64,000 nt of DNA from Thermodesulfobacteriota bacterium (GCA_049514515.1 JBEKUZ010000015.1:2606-66605); one strand, 5' to 3'; shown: positions 10,332-21,257, counted from the first letter of the stretch. The notes: generated by a model from the letters alone, not told the origin. A program made the numbers and translations.

Positions 10332-11900
10332 ATGCAAGGGTTTCAGACAATTAAGGAAATGTTCCTGTGGTTGGAGAAATGTTTCGGGAGCAAAGCGGCC
10401 ATAGTGGATTACCCAGGAGGGAAGCGGTGGACTTTCCGAGAGTTGAATGATTACTCCAGAAGAATCTGCGCCAGTTACAAGAACGATGGGTCGGTTGCGA
10501 GAGGAGATAGAATAACCTGGCTGTCGCTGACGCCGAGGACTGACGTCATTGCGCTGAGCTTCGGCGCCCGAAAGATGGGCGCCATACCAGTGATTATTAA
10601 TGCAAGAGCGAGTTTGGAGTCCGTCGCCTGGATGATCAATCATGTCGGGGCAAAGACCCTGGCCTACAGCGGTGATTGCGCGGATATCCTCAGGAAGGTG
10701 CGGGAAATAGGCATTCCCAGTGTTCGAGAATACATCGCACTTGAGGACCGAGTTGGATTCCCGGGTGAGATCGCGATCGATGAGATATATGACCAGTATA
10801 AGTCAGCGGAGGAGCCTAACGTAGAGATTGCAGAGGATGATGATTGTTTTATCTGCTACACTTCGGGAACGACGGGGAGGCCAAAACCGGTCTTGCACAA
10901 GGAAGGAGAGTGGTTGTGGACAAGTATGATCGTCGCATACCAATTTGGTTTGTACTATGACGATGTTTTTCTGAATGGCATGGGTCCTGGCTTCATGGGT
11001 TGGGCCCATTCAACGTGTGGTTCTCTGCGCGCCGGCGCCAAACAGTGTTGCATCAGATTTGTGCCGGCCACCTATCTGAAGGCCGTAACGGATGAGAGGC
11101 CAACGCACGGCATTCTTTCGCCGACCCTCGTCAGGATGTTATATCGCGATTACAGGGGGCAGAGCGACAAATTCAGACTCGATTCGTTGCGCAATGTGCT
11201 TGTTTCAGGAGAGCCGGTCACGGAGGATGTCATTGCGATGATCAAGGAAATGTTTCCTAAGCTGGTGCGGATGAGTTCCATCGGGGCGACGGAAGGCATC
11301 AGTATGACCACGGGGCCTCACAGCGCTTATTTGAAAGAGCATTGGGATACTGTCGGAAAACCCGTGCCGGGGATGTTAGCGGAGCTTCGTGATGTCGAAA
11401 CTGGCGAAATCCTCACCGAGCCTAACAAACCCGGAGAGCTATACGTGAAGGGTCCGGGTTTAACATGCGGTATTTGGAATGATCCGGAAACGACCGAGAA
11501 AAACTTCCCCGGGGGATGGTGGAAAACGGGCGACCTCGTATTCATGGACAAGGACGGATACTATTACTACTCGGGCAGATCCGATTACATGTTTAAAAGC
11601 GGAGGGATCAAAGTGTATTCCGTCGAGGTTGAGATGAACCTTAAGAAACACCCGACTGTACTGGATGCAGTCGTCGTTCCATTCCCGGACGAGACCTTCG
11701 GTTTCGTCCCATTCGCCCACATACGTAATAAGGAACCCTTAACGGCGAAGGAAATGGACAGTTGGTGGCTGCAACAAGGGTTCGCAAGGTTTAATCGGCC
11801 TAGGGAATGGAGATTCTGGGGAGAAGAAGAATTTCCCATGGTCACTCCGGTCAAGATAGATCGAAAGAAGCTGCAGCAAATGGCGACGGCCCGGAAATAA
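10332..11900 (+). CDS. Class I adenylate-forming enzyme (acyl/aryl-CoA ligase), copy 1
   Basis: YTSGTTGRPK, GATEG, GELYVKG, TGDL, KIDRKKL motifs. Confidence 0.9.
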   Translation: MQGFQTIKEMFLWLEKCFGSKAAIVDYPGGKRWTFRELNDYSRRICASYKNDGSVARGDRITWLSLTPRTDVIALSFGARKMGAIPVIINARASLESVAWMINHVGAKTLAYSGDCADILRKVREIGIPSVREYIALEDRVGFPGEIAIDEIYDQYKSAEEPNVEIAEDDDCFICYTSGTTGRPKPVLHKEGEWLWTSMIVAYQFGLYYDDVFLNGMGPGFMGWAHSTCGSLRAGAKQCCIRFVPATYLKAVTDERPTHGILSPTLVRMLYRDYRGQSDKFRLDSLRNVLVSGEPVTEDVIAMIKEMFPKLVRMSSIGATEGISMTTGPHSAYLKEHWDTVGKPVPGMLAELRDVETGEILTEPNKPGELYVKGPGLTCGIWNDPETTEKNFPGGWWKTGDLVFMDKDGYYYYSGRSDYMFKSGGIKVYSVEVEMNLKKHPTVLDAVVVPFPDETFGFVPFAHIRNKEPLTAKEMDSWWLQQGFARFNRPREWRFWGEEEFPMVTPVKIDRKKLQQMATARK

Positions 11901-11961
11901 TTCAAATTTTTACGGGTTCTATGCCCAACAAAATTGAGGCCTTCAAAGAAGGAGGCAGGTC

Positions 11962-12906
11962 ATGGTGATTGATTTTCATACCCACATTTTCACCGTGTCA
12001 ATCATGGGGGAAGGCTTTTTAAAAGGGAGTGAAGGCATCTTGGAGGGTTTAGACTTTGTTGGAGTCGGGCCGACGCGAGAGGCGTGGGATGGGATGTTAA
12101 AAGAGCTGGGCTCGGCGGATCTGGATCAAATGGGAGCCGTCTATCTTCAAACGAAAAGTGAAGCGGGAATTGACAAGTCGGTTGTTTTTCATGTCGATAT
12201 CGCTGGCCTTCAGGCTGACATGAATTATGTCGAAGCCAATCGATGGTTTGCAAAGTTTGCGCAAGACCACTCGGACAGGGTGATTGCCTTTGCCGGAATT
12301 GATCCCCACCGGGGCAAAGAGGGACTGAAAGTCTTCGAAAAGTCTGTAAAAGAATGGGGGATGAAAGGGCTCAAGCTGCATCCTTTGGCCTGTGAGTTCT
12401 TTCCTAATGACAAACAGTTTTATCCGTACTATGCGAAAGCGATGGGGTTAGGTGTTCCTGTGCTCTTCCATACCGGGCCCGTTGGCCATATGAAAATGAA
12501 CTACAGCAATCCTGTTTTTATTGATGAGGTGGCAGCTGATTTCCCAGAACTCAAAATTATCCTTGCCCATATCGCAGATCCGTGGATCAAAGAATCGATA
12601 TCGATCGTTACGAGGAGAGCGAATACGTATCTTGATATCTCCGGCGGGCAAATACTTTTTCGGACTGAGCCTGATCGGTTTTATCGTACCTTAAAACTGC
12701 TCCTCCGGTCTCCGGCGAGAAAAAGGGTGCTTTTTGCAACGGATACATTAGGTACTGCCAACAGCTTTTTTGTTTCCGATGCGGAATGGGTAAGAGTGGT
12801 CAAGGGCCTCGCTAGCAGTAGGTACTCTGCGGACATACCTGTTGATCAAAATGATGTTGACAATCTGATGGCTGGAAATGCCAAAAGGCTTTTAGGCCTT
12901 ATATAG
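11962..12906 (+). CDS. Amidohydrolase_2 family metal-dependent hydrolase/decarboxylase
   Basis: IDFHTH, GLKLHP, FHTG, ILAH, LFATD motifs. Confidence 0.85.
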   Translation: MVIDFHTHIFTVSIMGEGFLKGSEGILEGLDFVGVGPTREAWDGMLKELGSADLDQMGAVYLQTKSEAGIDKSVVFHVDIAGLQADMNYVEANRWFAKFAQDHSDRVIAFAGIDPHRGKEGLKVFEKSVKEWGMKGLKLHPLACEFFPNDKQFYPYYAKAMGLGVPVLFHTGPVGHMKMNYSNPVFIDEVAADFPELKIILAHIADPWIKESISIVTRRANTYLDISGGQILFRTEPDRFYRTLKLLLRSPARKRVLFATDTLGTANSFFVSDAEWVRVVKGLASSRYSADIPVDQNDVDNLMAGNAKRLLGLI

Positions 12907-13038
12907 GGTATCGGAAAGGAAGTGTTGATTTACAATTGTCGTTTGGAATGAAGGTGCTCACAACTGTGAGGTGTCCTTGCACAGAGCACGGAAAGGGACA
13001 AACAATCGTACGTAGAAAAAAGAAAATGGAGGTGGCCC

Positions 13039-13254
13039 ATGGAGAGGGTAAAGATTGACTTGGATGCTTGTAACAAATGTAAGATCTGCGTGGACGCATG
13101 TTTTGTTGACGTGATTCGCTGGGATGAGAAACAAGGGGTACCGGTGGCTGCTTATCCAGAAGATTGTGTCTGGTGTTATGCCTGCGAGATCGCTTGTCCT
13201 GTTCAGTGCATTGAGGTTGTGCCCGGTACACCGCGCTTTGTGGAACCCTATTAG
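13039..13254 (+). CDS. 2x[4Fe-4S] ferredoxin (short AprB-like)
   Basis: CNKCKICVDAC and CVWCYACEIACP. Confidence 0.9.
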   Translation: MERVKIDLDACNKCKICVDACFVDVIRWDEKQGVPVAAYPEDCVWCYACEIACPVQCIEVVPGTPRFVEPY

Positions 13255-13357
13255 CAATTCCGACGACGAAGGGGAAAGCGAGGCTTCTTGTTCCAAAGGC
13301 AAAGGTAGGTTCGTTATCGCAATGTAAAAAAGCGCGAGAAAAGAAAGGAGCTCCGAT

Positions 13358-15058
13358 ATGGCTAAAATAGAGGATTTGGGAGAGGTGATCTCCACAGATG
13401 TGCTTATCGTTGGGGGTGGTATTAGCGGCCTTGTGGCGGCGGTCAAAGCCAAGGAAGAATCATCGAAGGTGGAAGTCCTTTTGGTTGACAAGCAGACCAT
13501 TGGCTGGTCGGGAAAGGCACCCAAGGGAGGGGGCTTTACGTTGGTGCTGACGGAGGGGGAGGACGCGGATGATTTTGTTGAATATCATGTCAGAAACATT
13601 GGGTATTATCTGAACGACCAGGAACTATTATATTCGTGGGTGACCCAAATGTACGCAGCGGTTGAGCAGCTTTCGGCGTGGGGAGTAAGGGTACCAAAGA
13701 ATGCGGACGGAAAGTTGAATACCATGAAATGTCCCCTTTTTGATCCTCGGTTCAAGTATAAGTGGTCGATTGCTGGCATCGATCTGGATGTCCTTTTCCC
13801 GTTACGGGCGAGGGCCCGCAAAACGGGAGTGAAGACGCTGAACAAGATTCAGGTGGTTGAGCTTCTGAAGCAGGATGACCGGATTGTAGGAACAGTCGGC
13901 TTCAATCTGATCGATGGCCGCTTCTATATTATCAAGGCAAAGGCCACCATATTGGCGAATGGTAGTTGCAACTATAAGGCAAAGAGGATGTGGCACTCCG
14001 GTTGCGGTGATGGTATCGGTGCAGCTTATCGTGCCGGGGCGGAGATAAGGAACGCTGAATTCGGTAATTTCTTCGACGTTCACCGGAAGGATAATGACGG
14101 GCCGGCCTTCGACTATACTGCTCTCTATAATGCCTTGGGCGAGAACATCTCCCTGCGATACATCCCCGTGCCACGATCCGATATTCCTTCGGAGCTTGTC
14201 TTGGGGATGGAAAAAGAGGTCAAGGAGGGCAGGGGACCGATCTATTTCGACCCATCCGCGGTCCCCGATCTCTTTAAGCCTCTAAGTGATTGGCCCCGGC
14301 CAAATTTCCACAATTTTTTTGGACGAACGATTTCTAAGGAGCTTAAATACGGAGCACCTCCATCGGCAAGGGTAGAGGTTTCAGTGGCCCTCAATGCCGA
14401 GCTTTCGCCTATTCGAGTAGACCATGAGATGAAAACCAGCCTTGCCGGTCTGTGGGCCATCGGAGACACCAGCCAAATGGGTTCGGCTATTGTCGGAGCG
14501 GTGTATTCGCCCCCCGCTATGATCAGGGGCATTGGTCTGGGTTTGGCCACACGTTCCGGGATGTGGGGAGGTTCATCCGCCGCCCGTTTTGCCTCTCAGG
14601 CATCAGCGCCTAAGGTTAGCGAAGGGGAAGTAAAGCGGTTGAAAGAGGTGATATTTGCTCCGATGGGGCGCACCAAGGGATTTTCTGCTGAAGAAACCAT
14701 TTATGGCATACAGGATGTCATGTGTCGGGTTCAATATAACCTACGCAGGAGCAAAGAGCGGTTGGAGGAGGGTCTGTCCAAGATCGAGAAAGTGCAGCAG
14801 AGATTACCGGAGTTGTGGGCGAAGGACGGTCACGGTCTGGGTAAGTGTCATGAGGCGAGGAATATCGCCGTATGCGGTGAGATGACCTTAAGGGCGGCTT
14901 TGACGAGGACAGAAAGCAGGGGGACACATTTCCGGGAGGACTATCCGAATCGGGACGACAAGAATTGGCTCAAGTGGACGATCATCAGAGAGAAGTCGGG
15001 GAAGATGGTTGTTTCTACCGAGCCGGTACCTATAGAAAAATACAAGTTCAAACCGTAA
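13358..15058 (+). CDS. AprA/SdhA-superfamily FAD-dependent oxidoreductase, copy 1
   Basis: DVLIVGGGISG; C-terminal RTESRGTHFREDYP; lacks the SdhA covalent-FAD His motif. Confidence 0.85.
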   Translation: MAKIEDLGEVISTDVLIVGGGISGLVAAVKAKEESSKVEVLLVDKQTIGWSGKAPKGGGFTLVLTEGEDADDFVEYHVRNIGYYLNDQELLYSWVTQMYAAVEQLSAWGVRVPKNADGKLNTMKCPLFDPRFKYKWSIAGIDLDVLFPLRARARKTGVKTLNKIQVVELLKQDDRIVGTVGFNLIDGRFYIIKAKATILANGSCNYKAKRMWHSGCGDGIGAAYRAGAEIRNAEFGNFFDVHRKDNDGPAFDYTALYNALGENISLRYIPVPRSDIPSELVLGMEKEVKEGRGPIYFDPSAVPDLFKPLSDWPRPNFHNFFGRTISKELKYGAPPSARVEVSVALNAELSPIRVDHEMKTSLAGLWAIGDTSQMGSAIVGAVYSPPAMIRGIGLGLATRSGMWGGSSAARFASQASAPKVSEGEVKRLKEVIFAPMGRTKGFSAEETIYGIQDVMCRVQYNLRRSKERLEEGLSKIEKVQQRLPELWAKDGHGLGKCHEARNIAVCGEMTLRAALTRTESRGTHFREDYPNRDDKNWLKWTIIREKSGKMVVSTEPVPIEKYKFKP

Positions 15059-15223
15059 GAGGACGCCTGAGGAAATATACGGAGATAAGTAAGCGAAGGA
15101 TTCTTGGAAACACGTAAACGAAAGCCTGTGGTGATATCACCTTCCGGCACCACACATCGATCAGTACAATCGTGAGCGGATACAGGAAGGATCAGGTATG
15201 CCACATGACGTAGGTGATCGACG

Positions 15224-16477
15224 ATGATAAACGAATCGATTTCATACCCGCGTTTTAGATGGGTAGTACTGATTGCAGCATGCCTGGGTTTGGCCGCGAT
15301 GCAGATCGACATCATCGCCTACGCTCCATTGCTGGGCGACATTGCAAAAGACCTGAGAGTGGACATGGGGGTGGCGACAAATTTGATGGCTGTATTCCTG
15401 TTCACCACCTCCATTGCGTTTCTTGTGGGAGGATTCCTCTGCGACCGGTATGGCATCATGTTTGTAATCATTCTGGGTCTCCTGTGCGCGTCCATCCCGG
15501 CGACGTCCATGCCATGGATTGGGACTTCCTATAGGACCGTGCTCTGGGCCCGGATCATTCAAGGGTTTTCCGTTGGGTTCCTCCTGTGCACGATGGCGCC
15601 GATCGTCGCGGTATGGTTTCCGCTTCCGGAGAAAGGGCTGGCAAGCGGCCTGATGAGCGGCTCGGTTTCACTCGGTTCAGCCGTCGGTGTTTTGGCAGCC
15701 CCGGCAGTGTTTCTTGCCTCGAGGAACTGGCAACACACGGCGGCATGGCTGTCCCTGCTCGGCTGGCTCGGGTTGCCGTTAGCGCTCGGCTGCAGGCATA
15801 CGTCTCGCACTTTCGAGGCTCAATCGCAGTCCCGTGTGGCGTCAAGCACGGAGGGAACCGCCTTCAAGCAGGCCCTGTCTGTGCCAAGCACGTGGATCGG
15901 TGTTCTTGTAGCATTCTTCAGCACATGGTGCCTGCAAACCTTTTGGAACCTGACTCCCACCTATTTTGCGATTGATAAGCCAGTAGGGGTCGGTTTCGGG
16001 CCGATGATGTCCGGGAAGCTCATGCTGGCTGTCATGGTCGCTGGAATGGCTGGGCCGGTGATCGGAGGTGCAATTCAGGACAAGTTTTTTCGCGGAAATT
16101 CCAAGCCGATTCTGCTGATTGGTTTTATTCTGTCCGGCCTCTTCACTTATGCAATCCTCTCGCCCGTTGTATACACGAATAAGCTGGTTCTTGTGGTGTG
16201 CCTGATACTGGCAGGATCAGGAGTGGCGTTTCTATACCCTGCCCTCGTCGTCATCATCTCCGGGTTCTATCCAATCCATATTGTGGGTAAAATGGTTGGA
16301 CTCTGGATGGCCTTAGGAGCCTTTGGAGGCGCCCTGGGCTGCCTTGTGGGCGGCTTGGCCATTGCCAAATTTGGAAATTACAATGCAGCCATCACACAGA
16401 TCGCCTTAGCCGCCGCGATTGGATTTATCTTTGCTCTTTTCTTGGCAAGGCCAAAGCGCTGGGCGTTCAGTGGCTGA
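15224..16477 (+). CDS. MFS transporter
   Basis: About 12 hydrophobic segments; GGFLCDRYG motif A; WFPxxEKG. Confidence 0.9.
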   Translation: MINESISYPRFRWVVLIAACLGLAAMQIDIIAYAPLLGDIAKDLRVDMGVATNLMAVFLFTTSIAFLVGGFLCDRYGIMFVIILGLLCASIPATSMPWIGTSYRTVLWARIIQGFSVGFLLCTMAPIVAVWFPLPEKGLASGLMSGSVSLGSAVGVLAAPAVFLASRNWQHTAAWLSLLGWLGLPLALGCRHTSRTFEAQSQSRVASSTEGTAFKQALSVPSTWIGVLVAFFSTWCLQTFWNLTPTYFAIDKPVGVGFGPMMSGKLMLAVMVAGMAGPVIGGAIQDKFFRGNSKPILLIGFILSGLFTYAILSPVVYTNKLVLVVCLILAGSGVAFLYPALVVIISGFYPIHIVGKMVGLWMALGAFGGALGCLVGGLAIAKFGNYNAAITQIALAAAIGFIFALFLARPKRWAFSG

Positions 16478-16539
16478 GTTTAAAATGACTCCATTGAGAA
16501 CGGGCTGTAGAGTTTAGAAAAGAAACGGAGCGAACAAAG

Positions 16540-17475
16540 GTGGAAAAACTCATTATCACTGCTGCCTTGACGGGTAATATTACCCTACCGACGCAAACGC
16601 CTTATTTGCCTCTCACCCCTCAGCAGATCATCGATGACGCTGTGCGAGCGGCGAACGCGGGCGCTGCCTCCGTGCATATTCACGGGCGGGACCCGAAGAC
16701 TGCCAGACCGACGACGGACCCGGCAGTGTACAGGGAAATCGCGGCCGGGATTAAGGCCAGGAGCAACGTCATTGTGTGTATCACCACTGGCGGAACAGCA
16801 ACGATGACCCCCGAAGAGAGAGCCCAGGTGGTCCCTGCCCTCAAGCCGGAGCTGGCAACGTTTAACATGGGGTCGATCAATTTCTCAATCCACCCCATCG
16901 CCGACCGTTATCAGGATAAGGACTACAAATATTCGTGGGAAAAGGAATTTGCTGTGGGCACCAAGGACTTCATCTTTAGAAATACATTTGGCGATATCGA
17001 GAAACTGATGCAGATGATGAAGGATAATAGCACCAAGCCCGAGTTTGAGTTGTATGACGTTGGCCATCTCTACAACCTCCATTTCCTTGTCAGAGCGAAG
17101 ATCATCCACTTCCCGGTTTGGCTACAGTTCGTCACCGGGATTCTGGGCGGGATCGGGGCCAATGTCGATGAAGTAGTCCACATGAAGCAGACCGCGGATA
17201 GGCTATTAGGCTCGGACAACTACGTATGGTCAATCATTGGCGCGGGGTACCCGGCGGAATTTAATTTGGCGACCTTGGGCATTATGATGGGGGGACACGC
17301 CAGAGTAGGATTTGAGGACAATATATTTATTGAGAGAGGGGTTCTGGCGAAAAGCAATGCCGAGCTTGTAGACAAAGTGGTGAGAATCGCTCGGGAGTTG
17401 GGAAGAGAAATAGCAACTCCCGACGAAGCCAGAAAAATGCTCGGTTTGAAGGGGAGGGATAAAGTCAATTACTAG
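16540..17475 (+). CDS. Beta-keto acid cleavage enzyme (BKACE/Kce family); candidate triacetate acetoacetate-lyase
   Basis: IITAALTG, VHIHGRDP, RVGFEDN, SNAELV, ATPDEAR motifs. Confidence 0.9.
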   Translation: MEKLIITAALTGNITLPTQTPYLPLTPQQIIDDAVRAANAGAASVHIHGRDPKTARPTTDPAVYREIAAGIKARSNVIVCITTGGTATMTPEERAQVVPALKPELATFNMGSINFSIHPIADRYQDKDYKYSWEKEFAVGTKDFIFRNTFGDIEKLMQMMKDNSTKPEFELYDVGHLYNLHFLVRAKIIHFPVWLQFVTGILGGIGANVDEVVHMKQTADRLLGSDNYVWSIIGAGYPAEFNLATLGIMMGGHARVGFEDNIFIERGVLAKSNAELVDKVVRIARELGREIATPDEARKMLGLKGRDKVNY

Positions 17476-17637
17476 GTTAAAGATTACGTGGCCTAAGTGA
17501 CGACTTTACAGAGGGTAAGGACAGCATCGTTAACGGGATCAAAGGGATATCGGAATATCACCCGCCTTTGATCCGTGATGCTACCCGCTTATTCCAAAGG
17601 CACCGTGTGCCTTTCGACTGAAGGAGGTACGGTAGAA

Positions 17638-18840
17638 ATGGCTACTCGTGGCGTTTACTCAGAGGAAGAACTGAAGATGTTAGAACAGTGGAAGTTAGAC
17701 GAACAGAACGTGGGGTGGCTTGGAGATGACCCGATTCCCGAACAGATTACCTATCCCGTATTCCATCGGGTGGCCACGAGAGACCTCATTCTAAATATGG
17801 CAAATGGCATTCAGGACCCTAATCATTTATGGCGTGACGAGAATTACGCCAGAAGAACCAGATGGGGGGCGATCATCGCTCCCCCGTATTTTGAGCATTG
17901 TATTACCCATATGGGACGGATTCCGCCCAACGTCCCTCCGGCGGTTGGCACGGCCACGCATGTCGCTGCAGGAATCCACTGGGAGTTCTATAAGCCTATA
18001 CGTCTGGGCGATTCGTTCAGGGTTTGGTGTGGTCAATCCGCATGCGAAGATAAAACAAGGAGAGACGGGAAGGGACCACGTATGTTCCTGATCACCCATG
18101 AGCTCAAACATTTCAATCAGAAAGATGAAATTGTGTGCACCAGAAGTGATCGGATTTTGACGATGATCATCCCTCCGGCAGAGAAAGGGAAAGAGCCGGG
18201 TTTCATAGAGACGATGTTAAAAATGGAGGAGTATCGATACACTCAGCAAGAGTTGGATTTTATCGAGCGCGTCCATGACGAGGAGGTTATACGTGGCGAT
18301 CAGATACGCTGGTGGGAGGATGTCAACGTAGATGACGAACTCCAGCCGGTGGTTAATGGCCCGACCACCTTCTGGGATCAGTTGATTGAGATTGCAGGCC
18401 TCGGGATTAACGTTCTTGACATGAGACGAGTGCGTAAACTGACGCCGCAGGCAACGGTGTTGGATCCTGAGACGGGCGTTTGGCACAAGACGATTGAACG
18501 CCATCTGGTGGATAAGACGGCCCGGCTGTTAGGCGACCCGCAAGCGATTATGATCGGGACGATGATGGAGCACACCTTGGGTCGCTTGATAACGAATTGG
18601 ATGGGAGACGATGGTTTTTTGAAGATGACGGATTTTCAGAATCGAACCAGCGTTCCCATGGGAGATACTGTTTTTGGCAGGGGCAGGGTGATAAAGAAGT
18701 ACGTTCAGGAGGATGGTGAGCATGTGGTCGTTCTTGCTTGCTGGCTAGAGGGTATACGAGGGTTTATACACACGATGGGCACGGCGAAGGTAGGCCTCCT
18801 GTCAAGAGAAAGCGTTGATAAGGATTTGCAGCGCTATTAG
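17638..18840 (+). CDS. Double hot-dog (MaoC/FAS1-like) dehydratase family protein
   Basis: DPNHLWRDENYARRTRWGAIIAPP, WEFYKPIRLGD, WWEDVNVDDEL, NWMGDDG; AAGGAGG RBS before ATG 17638. Confidence 0.8.
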   Translation: MATRGVYSEEELKMLEQWKLDEQNVGWLGDDPIPEQITYPVFHRVATRDLILNMANGIQDPNHLWRDENYARRTRWGAIIAPPYFEHCITHMGRIPPNVPPAVGTATHVAAGIHWEFYKPIRLGDSFRVWCGQSACEDKTRRDGKGPRMFLITHELKHFNQKDEIVCTRSDRILTMIIPPAEKGKEPGFIETMLKMEEYRYTQQELDFIERVHDEEVIRGDQIRWWEDVNVDDELQPVVNGPTTFWDQLIEIAGLGINVLDMRRVRKLTPQATVLDPETGVWHKTIERHLVDKTARLLGDPQAIMIGTMMEHTLGRLITNWMGDDGFLKMTDFQNRTSVPMGDTVFGRGRVIKKYVQEDGEHVVVLACWLEGIRGFIHTMGTAKVGLLSRESVDKDLQRY

Positions 18841-18916
18841 AAGCAGTCAAAAGTCTGTGATCACCCGGTGCCAGAAATGTGTCGGGTAAACTTGCGACTC
18901 ATAGGGAGGAGATAAA

Positions 18917-19129
18917 ATGAGCGAGGTTAAAGTGGGGGATATCGTCAGGATAAAAAACCGATCGGACTGGCCTTCACCCCCGGGTTATAACTTGGCTGAC
19001 TCAGAAGGAAAGGTGACCTCGGTGAACGAGGAAGAGGGATTTGTAACAATTCACTTGGAAAAAACGGACAGCGGTATCGCAAAAGGAACGACTTTGGTGC
19101 TCAGATTAGAGAACGTGAAGAAAGCGTAA
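18917..19129 (+). CDS. Small hypothetical SH3-like beta-barrel protein
   Basis: 70 aa; GGGAGGAG RBS; VKVGDIVRI...EGKVT pattern. Confidence 0.6.
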   Translation: MSEVKVGDIVRIKNRSDWPSPPGYNLADSEGKVTSVNEEEGFVTIHLEKTDSGIAKGTTLVLRLENVKKA

Positions 19130-19252
19130 TTCTAAACGTTGATCGGCGTGCCAATTTCTGATGGTACGATACCTGAATGTATAGTCGCAGTGATGGATGA
19201 TCCTTGGAAGGCTGTTGAATAAGGTCGACTCGAAGAAAGGGAGGAAAATAGG

Positions 19253-21211
19253 ATGGATGCAATGTTTCCAAAGCTGTTCGAGCGTGGGAAGATCGGGCGA
19301 TTGGAGATTAAGAACCGGGTGGTCAAAGCTCCAACGTATGGCGCTTTGAGTAACATCGACGGCTCCGTTACCGACCGCATGATAAGGTATTATGAAGAGG
19401 TGGCGCGTGGCGGGACAGGTTTGGTAATTGTCGAGAGTGCCTCGATAGACAATAAGGCAAGTAAAGCGGCCCCTTGTCAGCTTGGTATCTCCAGCATCGA
19501 GCATATTCCTGGGCTTGCTGCCCTGGCGCAAGGAATCTGTGATCAGGGTGCCCGGGCGGCACTGCAACTCACGCATTTCGGCAGAGACAACTTCCTGGGT
19601 ATTACGCCCGCAAAGTCTGCTTCACGGATCCCGATGTCGATGGGCGGGTTGGGTCCGTTTGCGACGTTCGCAGACGAACCGGTGCCGCAAGAGCTTACCA
19701 TTGAAGAGATCCAGGACATCGTGAAAGCGTTTGGTGACGCGGCTCAGCGGGCACAAACTGCCGGTTTTGAAATGGTAGAAGTACACGGGGCTCACGGCGG
19801 CTTGGTAACGAACTTTCTCTCACCCGGGACGAATAGGCGGAACGACATGTACGGGGGTTCCTTGCAGAACCGGATGAGATTTTTGGTGGAAGTCGTTCGG
19901 TCCATCCGGAAAAAGGTGGGACCGGACTTCCCGATCGGAGTGAGATTGAGCGGGAACGATTATGAGCCAAACGGCGTCGTGATTGAGGACACCGTGGAAG
20001 TCGCAAAGGTGCTTGAAAGTATCGGTGTCGATATCATCCATGTATCCGGTGGCAGTCATATCCGAGGGAACCACCTCGCCAGCCCAATGAGTGTTCCGGC
20101 CGGTCACCATATTCGTGAAGTGGAGGCGGTCAAGAGGGTAGTCCACATTCCCGTGATTGCCTCAGGCTCGATCACGACGCCCCAGTTAGCGGAGGAAATC
20201 CTGGAAAGTGGTAAAGCCGATTTTATCGCTTTGGCGAGGCCTCTCTTTGCTGATCCATACTGGCCACAAAAGGCGAGAGAAGGAAGACCCGAGGATATAA
20301 CACCCTGCATCCGTTGTAATGACGGTTGTCAGGATAGATCAAATCTGAGGTATCGACCTACCCAATGTACAGTGAATGTGGCCTTGAATAAAGGGGATAC
20401 CCTTGCCATTACTCCGGCGGACCGACAGAGGAATGTGGCAGTGGTGGGCGGCGGGCCCGGCGGAATGGAGGCTGCCAGAGTCTGCGCACTGCGCGGCCAT
20501 AAGGTGACCCTCTATGAGAAGCGGAGCTTAGGTGGCGCATTGATCGATGCTTCAGCCCCCGAATTTAAGGCAGACCTCAAACGACTGATAGACTACTATG
20601 TGACGCAGTTGAAGAAACTTAAGGTTGAAGTGATCCAGAAAGAGGCAACGGTAGATACGTTCAAAAAAGGAAACGTTGACGCGGTCATCGTCGCTGTCGG
20701 GGGAACACCGCTCATCCCCGACGTTCCTGGTATTGACAGGCCGATAGTCGTCACCGCCATGGATGTACTCCGCAAGAAGTCCCCTGTCGGTCAGAAAGTA
20801 CTCGTTGTGGGCGGAAATATGGTGGGGACGGAAGTAGGGCTGTGGCTGGCTGAACAGGGCAAAGAGGTTATTTTCGTCGAGATGCTCGACGAGTTCATGG
20901 CAAATGTTGGGATCTTTGATCAACTTGAGTATCACGAGAGATTGGCCAAGCAGAAGGTTGCCATCCATACGGGTAAACGGCTGGAGAGTGTGATTGACAA
21001 AGGGGCAATCGTCGTTGACAAGTTCGGCAGAAGACAGGAAATGATGGCAGACAACATCGTGCTTGCCGTGGGTTTCATCCCCCTGACCAGTCTCAGAGAA
21101 AAACTCGAAAAGGAAAAAGGCTTTGAGGTTTATGCGATAGGAGATTGTGTGAGCCCACGCAGGATTTTCGATGCCATACACGAAGCGTACCTGACCGCTC
21201 GAAAGCTCTGA
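19253..21211 (+). CDS. Old-yellow-enzyme family NADH:flavin oxidoreductase (FMN, 4Fe-4S, FAD; BaiCD/enoate-reductase type)
   Basis: GGTGLVI, EVHGAHGG, NRRNDMYGGS, CIRCNDGC...C, VGGGPGGME motifs. Confidence 0.9.
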   Translation: MDAMFPKLFERGKIGRLEIKNRVVKAPTYGALSNIDGSVTDRMIRYYEEVARGGTGLVIVESASIDNKASKAAPCQLGISSIEHIPGLAALAQGICDQGARAALQLTHFGRDNFLGITPAKSASRIPMSMGGLGPFATFADEPVPQELTIEEIQDIVKAFGDAAQRAQTAGFEMVEVHGAHGGLVTNFLSPGTNRRNDMYGGSLQNRMRFLVEVVRSIRKKVGPDFPIGVRLSGNDYEPNGVVIEDTVEVAKVLESIGVDIIHVSGGSHIRGNHLASPMSVPAGHHIREVEAVKRVVHIPVIASGSITTPQLAEEILESGKADFIALARPLFADPYWPQKAREGRPEDITPCIRCNDGCQDRSNLRYRPTQCTVNVALNKGDTLAITPADRQRNVAVVGGGPGGMEAARVCALRGHKVTLYEKRSLGGALIDASAPEFKADLKRLIDYYVTQLKKLKVEVIQKEATVDTFKKGNVDAVIVAVGGTPLIPDVPGIDRPIVVTAMDVLRKKSPVGQKVLVVGGNMVGTEVGLWLAEQGKEVIFVEMLDEFMANVGIFDQLEYHERLAKQKVAIHTGKRLESVIDKGAIVVDKFGRRQEMMADNIVLAVGFIPLTSLREKLEKEKGFEVYAIGDCVSPRRIFDAIHEAYLTARKL

Positions 21212-21257
21212 TTTCTTGAGGTGCCACAGGATAGGGTTCATAAGGAGGCAGTCAAAC

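Noticed and set aside
13039-15058. APS reductase aprBA
   Set aside because: The ferredoxin is only 71 aa and lacks the AprB tail, the flavoprotein is shorter than typical AprA and duplicated, and no sat or qmo genes are nearby.
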